Positions 23,462 through 34,773 of a stretch of DNA of 64,000 nucleotides are shown here, piece after piece. Below the pieces are notes generated by a model. The model did no database searches. It saw nothing but the letters and a program-made list of their open reading frames with translations, and was not told the origin of the DNA. Origin of the DNA: Ascoidea asiatica JCM 7603 (taxonomy: Eukaryota; Fungi; Ascomycota); contig BCKQ01000003.1 of the NCBI GenBank assembly GCA_001600695.1, positions 122,083-186,082 of the forward strand, in the 5' to 3' direction. A program made the position numbers and the translations under genes. How positions within the stretch are numbered: position 1 is the stretch's first letter; each line of letters begins with the position of its first letter.

Positions 23462-26400
23462 TCAGAACTTGCGATGTTTAATTAGCTGTTCAAGATTTTC
23501 TTTGGCCATTTCAAACTCCAGAATAAATCGGGATAATGAACATCTTTTATTTTTATATTTGAAAAATAATTTATCACAATCGAAATTCTTTTTCTGCAAG
23601 AAATAATCCATAATATAATCACAATTGTTCTTATAAAGACTCAACAAAACAATAATTTCCTCAACATACTCTAGCTTCATTTTCAGTTCAGGATAAATAT
23701 GGATATGAAACTCGGTAAGTACAACGACTGTTTTTTTGATATCAAGTAATACATCTGCACTGCTAACAACAATATGAATAAAACTATCATCTAAATAATT
23801 ATTTAGATAATTTTTACATATTTCAATCAAATTACTATCTTCTATATTCTTACCTTTTATAATAAATAGTTTGATAAAGTTTTTGAAACACAAGTTATCA
23901 AAATTACACAAACTGAAATACAGTTTCTCATGTCTTTTTTTAATTTGTGCTAATTTTTTAGTTGGGTTTAAATCGTAAGAATCTATAGATAATAATAAAT
24001 TATCATCACTATGATATTCTTTAAAACTTGAGTTGTAAATAGAATTTAATCTTTGAATTAATTTAAACCTATCACTGTTTTCTTTAATTTTCACTTCATG
24101 TTCCATTTGGAAATATTGATAGTAGTCCCTTTTAAATTTCTTAGCTTCTTTCAAAAAATGGGAAATACTTTTGAAAAAACTATCAATATTTTGACTAAAA
24201 AGCAATGAAAAAAACACTTCCAACATTGGCTTATCTTTTAATTTTACTTGAAAATGATTGCTGACCTTTTTGACTGCAATATAACATGCCAAATCTAGTT
24301 CAGCACCAAATAATAATGGCTCAACTCGGAAACCATATCTGCTGTATTTGATTTCAGGATTATTTAAAAAGAATAGAAAACAATATGTGAACGGGATAAA
24401 CTCGTATTTTTCAAAAAAGAACTCGAAATGAAAATAATAGAATTCATTGAGACTGAAAATTCCATAAAAATAATCCCTTGGGAGAAATGCAGGAATGAAT
24501 TCTTTATCAGGCTGCCACAAAAAGTCTTTTATTTTCATCACTTCCCTGATCAATTTTAGCTCACCATTATTTTCTACAGTGATGATTACTGTTGTTGGTG
24601 ACTTTAGTACAACAATAATAATATTCTTTTTATTTCTTAGAGGTAGAATATAACAATCATAGTCATCTTCAGGCTTGCAATCTTTAACGTCATATATATC
24701 ATTATCAATCAAACAAAATAATGCATGATGGATTTCGCATTTTTTTAATTTTAATATCATTAGTCAATTTTCTAGTTAGTTCAGTCACTGAATATGATTT
24801 TTTAAAATATTTGTTAACTAAATCACTGACCTCTATTGGTTGTTGCTCTTGTAATTTTATTGAGGTTAATTGCAATTGTGGAAGAGTGAGTAGTTCTCTT
24901 TTGGTTTTTTCTCTATTTAATAATGATGACTTTATTTCTGAAAGAGGAAAATATTTGCTAACCTTATTGAAATCCAACTTCGGTGCTTTTTTATATAAAG
25001 TTAGTAATAGTTTCACAATAAGATCATTTTGGCTAATAAAATACTTAAAATCAGTAGTTAGTTTAGTTATTTCAATATAAAGTTTTGAAGAAAAATTATC
25101 TTTGAAAAATAATTTTTTATAAGTAGCAGTTTTAAATTCAGTTATTAAATTGCTAGCAGTTTCAACAACTTTTTCAATTTTTTTAAGATTGAAACTAAGT
25201 TCGAAAATATTTTTTAAATTAAAAAATAAAGCTGAATCCATATCAAACTCATTTTTAAACTTACTTATATCAATTCCCAATTGAATTAAATGGTACTTCA
25301 ACTCTCTCGAAACAAAAATTGTGTGCAGTATAAAGATTACGTTTTTGTTGCCATCATTAGTTGTAATTGTAGTCATTGTGCTTCTACCTCGCCTAAATTC
25401 TAAAATTTGAGTTATCTTATTAAGCATAATTAGATTATTGATTCTTATCTTAAAATTCTTATCCCATACAGCTTCTATCATGAAGCTATCAAACACTAAT
25501 AAACGATGATCCACTTTGTCCCTTGATCTTAGTATATACTCATCAAATAAATATCCTCTAGATCCATTTGAATGAATTAAGTCTTTCAAAAAAGGATATT
25601 TATCAGAACTTAAAATTGCTTCACAAAAATATTCTTTGCTTATTAGATCTGGATTCGCTACTTTTTTTTGAAATTCATTCGACTTAAGATATTCAATTTC
25701 TTCTTTGAAAAATTCTGTTTTATAATTTAAAAATTTGACTAATAGTTTAATAACGCTTTATTTACTAGAAGTTTTAAAATATTTTTTAGGTAAACCTAAA
25801 ACAAAAAAACCATTATCAAAAACCTTTCGAAAGAAAGTACAAATTTCATACTTGTTCAAATTTTTGTAAATAAGATTGAAGAATGATTCACATTTGGCAA
25901 AATTCTCATCAATATCACTGTCAATCTTAACTGTAATAACTCTTTTTTAAAAAAAAATTTTAAATAGCCCTCTTAAACCATTATTATTTCGTGAGCCTAA
26001 CAAATCAAGATGTTTAAAAGTTATATAAAATCGGTTAATACAGCACATCAATTGACCAAAATCATAAAGTTGTTTACCAAATTTTAATTTCCATAGAAAA
26101 TGATCATTTCCAAGAAAAAAAATAGTTTTACTGAAATCATTTAAATTATTTAAATCCACGCTAAAATCAATCAGATCATCAACAAAGTTCGATAAATAAG
26201 ATAGAAAATAATATAAACAACGTATATTATTAAAATCTTTTAGGACAAGATAGCTTTTGTTTCACATATCCAAAAAACTTTCAATCTTTTCAAATAGAGT
26301 ATCACTGCAAAAATGTTCACCAAAAGAATATAACTTTCCATCTTTATTTACAAAGAAATGACGAGGAATTGAATGCAAAGAAACTTTCGAGAAGTATCTC

Positions 26401-26576
26401 AATTATCTCACCCATTTAGCCTTAACAAAAGGAAGTTTTGGATACTTTTTGCAATCATCTTCTGTTGGGATTCTGCTTGGATCATCAGGTTCTCCATGAG
26501 GAAATTTAAGTTCTTCAGCAAGACCAGGATATTCATTAACATATTTATCATCATAGAAAGCAGTTATTGTAACCAT
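23462..26576 (-). pseudogene. Interrupted ~1037-codon orphan gene (four in-frame stops, one frameshift)
   Basis: One frame from ATG 26576 passes stops at 26405, 26264, 25949 and 25760 and joins track ORFs 25947..26159 and 24705..25589. A +1 shift near the A7 run (24740-24746) leads into ORF 23462..24760. No family recognised. Confidence 0.75.
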
Positions 26577-27207
26577 TATATCCTTGAGTATTATATAGAA
26601 TTGATTTTTTCAGTTGTTAGATAGTAATATTAAATATTTAGTTTTTTATTAGTAAGGCAGTATTGTACTTGATTATATATCTTTAATGGAAGCTTCTACA
26701 AAATTTTAAGTTGAAATTGAAATTGAAATTGAAATTAAAACATTTTTGATAGGTTCCAGATAATATCATTTGAGGTCCAACTTACAGGACACTGTTGATA
26801 AGTTATTGAAATACCATAATGGAGTCCATATGAGGAAGCAGTAATATACAGTATTTAAATTAATATAAGAACCAATATCAGAACTAATCATTAGTGTAGA
26901 TAAATTGAATATTGATTTTTTTAAATAATAAATATTCTTTGTGTGATATCAATTGACGAAATAAAATAAAAGAAAACAAATATTCAATAAAAAGATCTCT
27001 GTTTTGTTTCGTAGATACACATTTGCTTCTTAATGAGGCTGTTATTTATCTCTGGTTAGAGAAAACACCAGAAGAATTGAAGGGTAATGAAGGTTAACTG
27101 TTAATTTTCTGGCAAGCCTTTATCATGGTTCATTTATTTATTAGATCAAAAGATTATAAATTATAGAATATATTATAGAATATAGAGTATATAGTATATG
27201 AATAAGA

Positions 27208-28002
27208 TTAGTGAGCAGTGAAACCACCAGAAGCAAAGATTGTTTGACCAGTAATCCAAGCACCTTCAGTTACTAAAAATCTAATAATTGGAACAATATC
27301 TTCAACTTTAGTTAATCTATTATTTAAGGCAAAAGATTTATAAAATTCAATAGATTGAGATTCTTCAGAATCATGTAAGAAAGCAGTATCCATTGGACCT
27401 GGAGCAACACAATTGACAGAAATACCTTTTTTCTTTAATTCTTGAGATAAAGCTTTTGAATAAAATTCAACAGGAGCTTTTGTACCTTGATATAAACCAT
27501 ATTTTTCAGTATAAGCAGCTAATAAAGAAGTAACTAAAGTAACAATTTTACCATTTTTATTTAAAAATTTTGCAGAATTTTTAAGGAAAAAAAAGGCACA
27601 TTTATTATTAATATTTGACATTAAATCAAATTCATTTTCATTAATATCTTCAATTTTTTTTTTAATAACCATACCAATATTATTAATTGAAATATCAATA
27701 CCATTTGGAAATTTTGAAATTGCAAATTTAAATAATTTTAAATTTTCTTCATCAGTTGATAAATCACCTTGATAAATTTCAACTTTAATATTAAATTTAT
27801 CAATTAAATTTTTTTGAATATTTTCAGCATCTTTTAAACCATTTTTTGAATGATAATGAATAATTAAATTAGAACCTTTTGAAGCTAATTCATAAGCAGT
27901 TGCAGCACCTAAATTTTTATTACCACCAGTAACAATTGAAACTTTACCTTTCAAAGAAGTTGAATAAATAGGTTCATAGATTTTACCAGTAGAAGAAGAC
28001 AT
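27208..28002 (-). CDS. Short-chain dehydrogenase/reductase, PRK12744-like
   Basis: TGGNKNLG Rossmann motif, YxxxK (YQGTK), VAPGPMDT, WITGQ. Confidence 0.92.
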   Translation of the reverse strand: MSSSTGKIYEPIYSTSLKGKVSIVTGGNKNLGAATAYELASKGSNLIIHYHSKNGLKDAENIQKNLIDKFNIKVEIYQGDLSTDEENLKLFKFAISKFPNGIDISINNIGMVIKKKIEDINENEFDLMSNINNKCAFFFLKNSAKFLNKNGKIVTLVTSLLAAYTEKYGLYQGTKAPVEFYSKALSQELKKKGISVNCVAPGPMDTAFLHDSEESQSIEFYKSFALNNRLTKVEDIVPIIRFLVTEGAWITGQTIFASGGFTAH

Positions 28003-28080
28003 TGTGATTGTATTTGTGATTGATTATATTTGTATTTGTGATTGATTATATTTGTATTTGTATTTGTATTTATGATTATG
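28003..28080. repeat. 22-bp duplication plus (TGTATT)n in the SDR 5' leader
   Basis: tgtatttgtgattgattatatt x2, followed by tgtatt units. Confidence 0.7.
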
Positions 28081-28626
28081 ATTGAATAATAACTAAACTA
28101 ATAGGACTCAATTCAATTCAATTCAAATAAGTTTATTTCAGAAATTATTGAATATTTATATTAAAAAGTTTTGTATCCTTAACTTTTTTGAATCTGAAAA
28201 TACAAACAATTGAATATAGAGTAATACATTGCTTAAATTCTTTATATCCGATTTCAGTTGTTTCAATTCTGAAATCTCTAGAATCTTTAGAAATAATAAT
28301 ACTCAAGAACTAGTCGAGATTTAATATTCTCAGCTTATTGAGTGTGTTGCTTGCTGCCATTGGTCTGCTTAAACCCTTTAATTGAGTGAATTGAAGAAAA
28401 AGAATCTGGAGAAGTTCGAGCTGGCGAATGTTGGCTTGCTGCTTGTTGTTTGCTGCTTGCCTGAACACGCCAATTTCATCCCCGAGACCAGAACTGGGGG
28501 TGCTTTCATCTCCGCTATCTCCTGGAGCCCCGTTATTTGCGATGACCACGTGAGCATCAGCCAGCATCTGTCAAAAATTATGTGGCTTTCATAGTTACTT
28601 TTTCAAAACACTTTTTACATTAAGTT

Positions 28627-28699
28627 GCCTTTATGGCCAAGTTGGTAAGGCACCTCACTAGTAATGAGGAGATCGTCTGTTCGAATCAGGCTAAAGGCA
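28627..28699 (+). tRNA. tRNA-Thr(AGU)
   Basis: Acceptor stem GCCTTTA/TAAAGGC, anticodon arm CCTCA-CT-AGT-AA-TGAGG, T-loop TTCGAAT, T-run terminator. Confidence 0.95.
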
Positions 28700-29423
28700 T
28701 TTTTCTTTTTAGACTCTTTTTTCTTGTTTTATATTTTTAGTTCTGTTTTATTTTTGCCCCCCTCCCACGCGCCCCACCTGTTTCCGGTTCCTACGGGCTA
28801 TTCTTGGGGGTGTTTTTCTTCATTTCTTAGAAATGAGCTATTTCCGCCTTTTTGCTCTCTTTCCAGCTGTACTCAACGGTTTTTCTACCAATTTATCACT
28901 TGCTGCTGTAAACCCTTAAAGGGTCTCCCACGAGTTATTTACCCGAAAAAGCTTGTTCCACTCAATATCTGTCGTTCTTTGGCTCATTGAAAATCAGAAT
29001 AAATAAATTCAACTGGATTTCATTGAATATTTAATTCACTCAATTCAAAATTATTCAAACTTAACTCATTTTAAAAACTCAGATAAATGTCAGTTGACTA
29101 AACCATCAACAGTTACCGTTCAATATTATCCACAATTAAATTCTAAATTAAGATTATTCTAAATGATCTTTCCTTATTAGGCTTTTATTCTTTATTTCAA
29201 TTATTAGACATCACCAGAATCACTCATCTTTCAAATGGAAAAATGGAATTATAAATATTTCTTTATTTCTTTCTATTTTATTCTTCAATTTTATATATTT
29301 TTATATTATTAAAAAGTATATTCTATTATTATCAAAATTATTATTATTACTATTATTATTATAAATATTACTAAACTTTAAATTTTAAAATATTTTAAAA
29401 AACAAAACAAAGCAAAAAAAAAA

Positions 29424-31130
29424 ATGTCAACTGTCACTTTAGGTCATTATTTATTTGAAAGATTACATCAATTGAAAATTAATTCAATTTTTGGTCTTCC
29501 AGGTGATTTTAATTTAGAATTATTAGATAAAATTGATGAAATTGATGATTTAAAATGGATTGGTAATGCAAATGAATTAAATGCTTCTTATGCTGCTGAT
29601 GGTTATTCAAGAATTAAAAGATTAGCTTGTATTATTACAACTTTTGGTGTTGGTGAATTATCTGCTTTAAATGGTATTGCAGGTTCATATGCTGAACATG
29701 TTGGTTTAATTCATGTTGTTGGTGTACCTTCAATTCAATCTCAAGATCAAAAATTATTATTACATCATACTTTAGGTAATGGTGATTTTCATGTATTTGA
29801 TAAAATGTCTTCAATGATTTCAAAAAAAATTTATTTATTACAAGATATTTTAAAAGCTCCAAATCAAATTGATGATGCAATTAAAGAAGCTTATATTAAT
29901 CAAAGACCTGTTTATATTGCTTTTCCAACTAATTTAGTTTCTCAATTAGTTGATTTAAATTTATTAAATAAAAAAATTAATTTAAAATTACCTGAAAATG
30001 ATAAAGAAATTGAAGATGAATTTATTCATAATTTCTTACATATGGTTTCAAAAGCAAAAAATCCAATAATTTTAGCTGATGCTTGTGTCTTAAGACATGA
30101 ATGTCAAAATGAAGTTAATAAATTTTCTGAATTAACTAAATTTCCAACTTTTGTAACTCCAATGGGTAAATCTGCTGTTAATGAACAAAATCCAAGATTT
30201 GGTGGTGTTTATACTGGTGTTTTATCAACTCCAGAAATTAAATTATTTGTTGAAAAATCTGATTTAATTATTTCAATTGGTGCTTTACTTTCCGATTTTA
30301 ATACTGGTTCATTTTCTTATTCTTATAAAACTAAAAATATTGTTGAATTTCATTCAAATTATTGTATGATTAAAAATGGTACTTATAATGATTTACAAAT
30401 GAAATCTGTTTTAAAAAAATTACTTTCAAATCAATTAACAATTCAAGATGCAATTAATGTATCTGGTTATGATTATACTAAAGATCCATTACCTTTATCA
30501 AATTCAATATCTTTATCTAAACAAGATATTCCATTAACTCAATCTTATTTCTGGAACACTTTATCAAGTTTCTTAAAAGAAGATGATGTAATTATTAGTG
30601 AAACTGGTACTTCTGCTTTTGGTGTTGTTCAAACTAAATTCCCAAAAAATTCAGTTGGAATTACTCAAACTTTATGGGGTTCTATTGGTTATACTGTTGG
30701 TGCATGTCTTGGTGCAACTTTAGCAAGTTATGAAATCAATCCAAATCATAGAGTCATATTATTAGTTGGTGATGGTTCTTTACAATTAACTGTTCAAGAA
30801 TTATCTACAATGATTAAATGGAATTTAAATCCTTATTTATTTGTTTTAAATAATGATGGTTATACTATTGAAAGATTGATTCATGGTGAAACTGCTTCTT
30901 ATAATGACATCCAAGGTTGGAAACATTTGAAATTATTAAATACCTTTGGTGCTAAAAATTCAGAATCAATTAGAGTATCTTCAACAAAAGAATTAGATAA
31001 TTTATTTGCTAATGAAGATTTTGCTGATAATGATAAAATTAGATTAGTTGAACTTATGTTAGAAAGAATGGATGCTCCTCAAAATTTAGTAAAGCAAGCT
31101 GAATTAACTGCTGCAACTAATGCTCAATAA
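29424..31130 (+). CDS. PDC1: Pyruvate decarboxylase (ThDP-dependent 2-oxoacid decarboxylase)
   Basis: FGLPGDFNL, NELNASYAADGYSR, LLLHHTLGNGDF and the ThDP motif GDGSLQLTVQEL...LNNDGYTIERLIHG. Confidence 0.95.
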   Translation: MSTVTLGHYLFERLHQLKINSIFGLPGDFNLELLDKIDEIDDLKWIGNANELNASYAADGYSRIKRLACIITTFGVGELSALNGIAGSYAEHVGLIHVVGVPSIQSQDQKLLLHHTLGNGDFHVFDKMSSMISKKIYLLQDILKAPNQIDDAIKEAYINQRPVYIAFPTNLVSQLVDLNLLNKKINLKLPENDKEIEDEFIHNFLHMVSKAKNPIILADACVLRHECQNEVNKFSELTKFPTFVTPMGKSAVNEQNPRFGGVYTGVLSTPEIKLFVEKSDLIISIGALLSDFNTGSFSYSYKTKNIVEFHSNYCMIKNGTYNDLQMKSVLKKLLSNQLTIQDAINVSGYDYTKDPLPLSNSISLSKQDIPLTQSYFWNTLSSFLKEDDVIISETGTSAFGVVQTKFPKNSVGITQTLWGSIGYTVGACLGATLASYEINPNHRVILLVGDGSLQLTVQELSTMIKWNLNPYLFVLNNDGYTIERLIHGETASYNDIQGWKHLKLLNTFGAKNSESIRVSSTKELDNLFANEDFADNDKIRLVELMLERMDAPQNLVKQAELTAATNAQ

Positions 31131-31509
31131 GCAAATTAATTAATATCATTTTCATTTAGATTATTTATTTAACAATAAAGTCTTTTTGAAACCCCCCAAA
31201 AAAACTAAAAAAGGTCCTTTTTTTAACCTTTATATAATATATTTAGAATCTTTTTAAAAAAACACAAAAACAAACAAACACTTATAGAGTTATTTAATAA
31301 AATTCATTTTTAGATTTAAAACTTTCTTTGTAAATCTGATAGATTTTAGATCGAAAATATACAGTAAGGTGAAATTTTTACTAGATTTGATTCGTTCCTC
31401 AAAATATGTGATTGTGATTATAATCACATTCCTAAAATTTATCTTTTAACTTAAATTTCTTGGTAGAAATGAAATTATGTTAATTAACAAATTGAGAAAT
31501 AAAAATTTT

Positions 31510-33399
31510 TTAAAATTTAAGTATAACTTTTAAAGTATATGTTAAAACAAATGGTAAACTGATAACTAAAAGAAAGTATTGAGATAATAAAGAAATGGCT
31601 AAACAATCTAATTGTAAATGATCATGGCTTGGATCATTTGGTGAAAAAAAGGCAGTTAAATAAATTTGAGTTGTAAAACTTGGTAAGGCCCAATTCATAA
31701 CAAGTACAAAGCTTAATAAAATATCGTTTTCCTTATTTAGATTAATCCATCCTGCTTTTTTTAATCTATATACCCATAATACACCAATTATTGGCAATAT
31801 ACATAATTTTAATAGAGTTAATAATAAAGCAGATTTCCAAAAGCCATCTGGAAATTTTTTGATTGATAATTTTGCAATTGTTCCGCCAAGTAATAATAAT
31901 CCAAAAGGAACTTGTGCATTAGCTAAATAAGCAGTGAAATCCATTAAAAAACTTAAAGGTGGTAAATCATCTGGTGCATTAGGCATTGAAACTGATGTTT
32001 TAACAAATAATGCTTTTAACCATGGAATCATAGCTATAATTATAGCCACTATTAAACTTAAAGCTGGAGGTCTTAGAAAATTGATTAGAAAAAAATTCAA
32101 GACTTGTATAATTTTTCGGGAACTTTTTCTATTTTTTTCTAAATTTTTATTTTTTTTATTTTGGGTGCTTAGATTATCATTATCATTTTCATTTTCATCA
32201 TTATTTTCAGAATCATTTGATTTTAAATCAAGATTTGGATTTAAAGATAAAACATTGGATATTGTCTTTGAAATGGATAAGTTTTTTGTTGTATTCAATT
32301 TTTTTATTGAATTATCAATTATTGGTAATTTTTTATTTTTTCTTGAAAGTAAAGATATTATATCATTTGTTTTATAATTTGTTGAAGTTGAAGTAAGATT
32401 CTGACTATTTGAATTATGTGAGATATCATTATAATAAGAATATTCATTCACCACATCATCAATTTTTTGACTTGGTAATTTTCTTAATTCAATTGCCCTT
32501 AATTTATTAGATTTTGTAGATAAAATTGAAGTTGATCTACCTAAAGAATAACTATGTGAATGAGATTGTGATATTTGATTTTGATTTTTATTTTTATTTT
32601 TGAATTCATTAGAATCTGATTTCAATGATTTTACAGTTGTGATTTGATTTTTTGTTGAGATATTAGAATTTGAAATTGAATTAGAATCAGATTCGGAATT
32701 TAAACTTTCATCTTCATCTTCAATTTCGGGATTAAGTGAATCAATTGAAGTTCCTGGAATTAAAATATTTTCATTTGATTGTTGAATATTATTTAAATTA
32801 GAAGAGGTATGTGAAGAAGTATTCGAGGTGATTATTTTTTCTTCATCAGATTTTTGTTGGTTTAATAAATTTTCATGATCAAAATCATATTTAACTAATC
32901 TAAAACAACCTAAATTAAATAAATAAAAGGTACTTAAAGAACCAAATACGATAACAAAAGCAATACCTTTATCCCCTTCAGCTGAAGTGAAAATTGAAGT
33001 AGTAGCTAAAGTTTGAATATAAGCAATAGGTAAATCACCATTATTATTAAACATTGAAGCAACTAATGAACCACCTCTCCATCTTTTTGGTATTGGAGTT
33101 AATAAATTCAACAACATTCCAATTCCAAAACCAGTTAAAACAATTAATAAAGAGGTTAAAGCTATAATTCCAATATATTTTATATCAGAACCTTGTAAAT
33201 TAGTTATGACTTTATTTAAAGTCATTGAAGGAACTAAAACATTAAGTACAATATCAGAAATATTTCTTGTTGTATCAACGGATAAAATATTTCTTTTTGA
33301 TAATATAAAGCCAACAGATAAAATTAAATAAATTTTAATTATTGGCTTAACAGAACACCAAATAAGTGTTCCAATAGGAGTTGTATCTGATTCTGACAT
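31510..33399 (-). CDS. Auxin-efflux-carrier (AEC) family membrane transporter, Ecm3/Ynl095c-like
   Basis: SVKPIIKIYLI, FNNNGDLPIAYIQT, PPLSFLMDFTAY..A.VPFGLLLLG; two TM blocks separated by a long hydrophilic loop. Confidence 0.88.
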   Translation of the reverse strand: MSESDTTPIGTLIWCSVKPIIKIYLILSVGFILSKRNILSVDTTRNISDIVLNVLVPSMTLNKVITNLQGSDIKYIGIIALTSLLIVLTGFGIGMLLNLLTPIPKRWRGGSLVASMFNNNGDLPIAYIQTLATTSIFTSAEGDKGIAFVIVFGSLSTFYLFNLGCFRLVKYDFDHENLLNQQKSDEEKIITSNTSSHTSSNLNNIQQSNENILIPGTSIDSLNPEIEDEDESLNSESDSNSISNSNISTKNQITTVKSLKSDSNEFKNKNKNQNQISQSHSHSYSLGRSTSILSTKSNKLRAIELRKLPSQKIDDVVNEYSYYNDISHNSNSQNLTSTSTNYKTNDIISLLSRKNKKLPIIDNSIKKLNTTKNLSISKTISNVLSLNPNLDLKSNDSENNDENENDNDNLSTQNKKNKNLEKNRKSSRKIIQVLNFFLINFLRPPALSLIVAIIIAMIPWLKALFVKTSVSMPNAPDDLPPLSFLMDFTAYLANAQVPFGLLLLGGTIAKLSIKKFPDGFWKSALLLTLLKLCILPIIGVLWVYRLKKAGWINLNKENDILLSFVLVMNWALPSFTTQIYLTAFFSPNDPSHDHLQLDCLAISLLSQYFLLVISLPFVLTYTLKVILKF

Positions 33400-33630
33400 T
33401 TTTTAGTATGACATTGAAATGTAAAATGAGATTTTATTATAAAATTTTTCTGAAAATAAAGGTTTGAGTAAAGAGTGATATTTAGATTGTTTCCTTCATT
33501 TATATTTTCTTGTTCGTTAATTTCCTTGATTTTTAATTCGTTCATTCATTCATTCATTGATATATTAATTTCATCAAAATTGCAAGAAAAATCAGCAAAG
33601 ATTAAAATTGGTTGAAGTATAGCGAGAATG

Positions 33631-33661
<31 letters not shown>

Positions 33662-34773
33662 CAGTATAGTAGTTCTAAGGCTAATAATTAAAAGTCACTT
33701 TTTGTCTTAAAGAAGTGAATATTAATAGAATTTAAAAATGAATAATTAATAAGTTTGCAAAGTGTAATTTCGGGAGTAAAAGATAAGATTAAAATAAAGC
33801 CAAACAAAACTGAGAATAAAACCGAAGTAGTAGAATCCTAAATGAAAAGAATAGTTATTTTAATATTGTGTTCAGTAGAAAACTCAAGAAGCATGAAAGG
33901 CTTTTTTTGTTATTAAACTCTACTCTGATTCAATGAACTGGTTCTAATTGACTCAAATATCGTTAATTGAATAATAAAAATATTTTCTCCAAGTTGAAAA
34001 AAAGCTAAGATTTATTCGTTTTCAATGGCTGAAAATTTATCCGAAGTTTTTGGAGCTGAATTTCTGCGGAGTGAAAACAGCTACGAGCGAATTGGAGCAG
34101 AGAAACGTCGAAAGGGGAAAAGGTTGGCGATGTGAGAGAGCAAAAACGAGATTGGAATGACAGAAGAGGAAGGTAATGAACAATAAGAAGATGATAAGAA
34201 TTAAAAGAATATAAAAAGAATATAAAAAGAATATAAAAAGAGAATAAAAAGAATAATAGAACAAAAAGATCATTCATCCCGGTGGGGAGAAACACCGGCC
34301 ATAAAAATGCCTAAAACAGAAGCATCTTCTTCATGATCAAGCCGTATTGGCGAATTAGGGAACTACCCTCGAATTTCCCTTTTAGGACATTTTTCAGTCA
34401 CAAAAAAGAAGAAAAAAAAAAAGATTTTGAAATAAATAAATTTTATTGACTAAACTACAGTTGCAAATGAAAGCAAAAAGATAAAAAGAAGATCAGACAG
34501 AGATAGAGATAGAGACAGAGACAGAAATAAAGGCAGACAGAATATAAAGAAAGACATGGACAAAGAGGCGACAAAAACAAATGACAAATGATAAAAAAGA
34601 AGTAAGGAAAATGATGTGAAAAATAATACAAAACAAACCGAGATCATATAAGAAATGAAGAACAAAAATAAAAATAATAAAAGACTCATAAATTTGAATA
34701 AATTATAAAACAAGTAATAAGAAACGAATATGGAAGTATGAAAGTATGAGTGAATGATGAATGATTCAGCTAT

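Noticed and set aside
23462-26576. Orphan as an alternative-genetic-code gene or killer-plasmid insertion
   Set aside because: Internal stops include both TAA and TGA, the gene ends in TGA, and it has a frameshift. I saw no ATNTGA plasmid-type promoter upstream and no recognisable plasmid protein motif.
28664-28990. 108-aa ORF
   Set aside because: Its ATG lies inside the tRNA-Thr gene.
27208-33399. SDR + PDC + AEC transporter as an auxin/Ehrlich-pathway cluster
   Set aside because: The decarboxylase looks like ordinary Pdc1, fungal AEC substrates are unknown, and no shared regulatory motif was seen.
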